The notes beneath the pieces were generated by a model. It did not search any database. It was not told where the DNA came from and saw nothing but the letters and a program-made list of their open reading frames with translations. A DNA stretch of 63,147 nt, filler included, from Asterionella formosa (taxonomy: Eukaryota), in assembly GCA_002256025.1 (NCBI GenBank). It is 17 parts of 17 records of this genome, joined end to end, with 100 filler letters (N's around TTAATTAATTAA, not from the genome) between each part and the next. Parts side by side here need not be neighbours in the genome. Positions count along the whole stretch, not along the records: positions 61,851 to 63,147 come from NKIB01003158.1; 16 more parts are not named here. One strand, given 5' to 3'. The position numbers and the translations under genes are program-made. Positions 61,851 to 63,147 of this stretch are shown here, one piece after another. How positions within the stretch are numbered: position 1 is the stretch's first letter; each line of letters opens with the position of its first letter.

Positions 61851-62685
61851 CTATACTGTTCAACATCTTCATTGATGACTTGGCAGTGGGGACGGAGGAG
61901 AGCGGTGCCCTGGTACCAACTGGGGACAGTCGCACATGGCGGAACTCCACACCCACACTGACAGTGGGATGTACCCTCTTTGCTGATGATGCGGCCGGAA
62001 TCTGCCCCTCCCTGGAGGCGGCCAAACGGTTCTGTACGCACGTTACCAACTGGGTTACAGCTAACGAGATGAGTGTGGGCATAGGGAAGTGCGGGCTGAT
62101 GGAATTCCTACCGCCAGACCCAGGTTCGGCCACCGAACCGCTTGTCCCTGGACAAGATGTGGCTGGACTGGAACTGGAGGGACTTCCACTCCCTGTTGTG
62201 GACAGATATATGTATCTGGGTGTCCTCATGACACCAGGTCTGTCTATCTCGTCTATGGTGGACCATAGAGTCAAGCAAGGGCGGGCCACAGTTGCCACCT
62301 TGGTACCGTTTCTACGGTGCCCGGTGGTACCAATGGCCATGCGTTTGCTGACTGTTGCAGGAGTAGTTGCCCCCCGCCTCCTTTTTGGGGCTGAGCTGTA
62401 TGGTATGAACCGTCACCTTACGGACAAAATGCAGGTTCTTCTGAACCGATGCCTTAGGGCTAGCATTGGAGCCAGGAGGGCAGGGGGTGTGCCATCAGTA
62501 GGCCTTTGGAAGGAGGCACGGATGTTGCCAATGTGTGCCTTGGCGGGTGCCCGACGGGCCAGAGCTTATGCCAAGGCCTCGGGTCTCAAAACCTGGCTTC
62601 AGGAATTGGTCCTAAGACCATTCCGAAGTCAGAAATGGACATGGTGCTCAGGGGTTCCGCGCTGGCTGAAACGCTATGCGCTCCC
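61851..62685 (+). mobile_element. Non-LTR (LINE) reverse transcriptase fragment, GC-rich
   Basis: LFNIFIDDL, TLFADD, WVTANEMSVGIGKCGLM, YMYLGV, PRLLFGAELYG. Confidence 0.85.
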
Positions 62686-63147
62686 CCATAACTTTACAAC
62701 TATGAGACCTTTCCATGATGTTGAACATCTCAATTGACTGGGAAGAAGTTGTATAGAATGAGATTTTTTCCTTATCTCGATATTGGAACAATGACTTACA
62801 CCATAGAATGGTCATCATGTCATGTTGCAGCAATAATACACAAAAATCTAATGAAAGGTTTTTACCACTGGATATTCCATAACTTTACAACTATGCGACC
62901 ATTCCATGATGTTGGACATCTCAATTGACTGGGAGGCTGTATAGAATCAGATCGTATTCAAATCTTTATTTTGGAACAATGACTAACTCCATAGATTGGT
63001 CATCATGTCATGTTGCAGCAATAATACACAAACATCAAATTATAGTTTTCTACCTCTGGATATTCCATAACTTTACAGCTATGAGACCTCTTCATGATGC
63101 TGGACATCTCAATTGTCTGGGTAGCTGTATGGAATGAGATTGTATCC
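62686..63147. repeat. Tandem repeat of about 190 bp, at least 2.4 copies
   Basis: CCATAACTTTACARCTATG.GACC...CATCTCAATTG.CTGGG starts at about 62686, 62876 and 63066. Confidence 0.9.

Overview
Eukaryotic DNA, most likely from a pennate diatom. Support: short GT-AG introns, a bipartite plastid presequence with an ASAF-type motif, CoDi-type Copia elements and a stramenopile Crypton remnant. The window is not one locus. It is 17 size-sorted contigs (two of about 21 kb, fifteen of 1297-1299 bp) joined by 100-nt N-TTAATTAATTAA-N linkers, so adjacency across linkers means nothing. Contig 1 (1-21054) is gene-rich: DDX11/Chl1 helicase, heat-shock factor, ABCC transporter, ADAT1/ADAR-type deaminase and a TLDc protein, separated by MITEs. 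Contig 2 (21155-42180) is mostly decayed, nested Copia elements and tandem duplications around one intact armadillo-repeat gene. That gene has mosaic, near-identical repeats and an unusual CxxH...CxxC N-terminal module. The short contigs hold TE fragments (Copia, Gypsy-like, Harbinger, Mariner, Crypton, LINE), satellites and partial genes. The most unusual signals are the (GGTACC-W)n palindrome arrays clustered upstream of host genes and at junctions, and the repeat-shuffling ARM gene. All family calls come from motif recognition; no database search was run.
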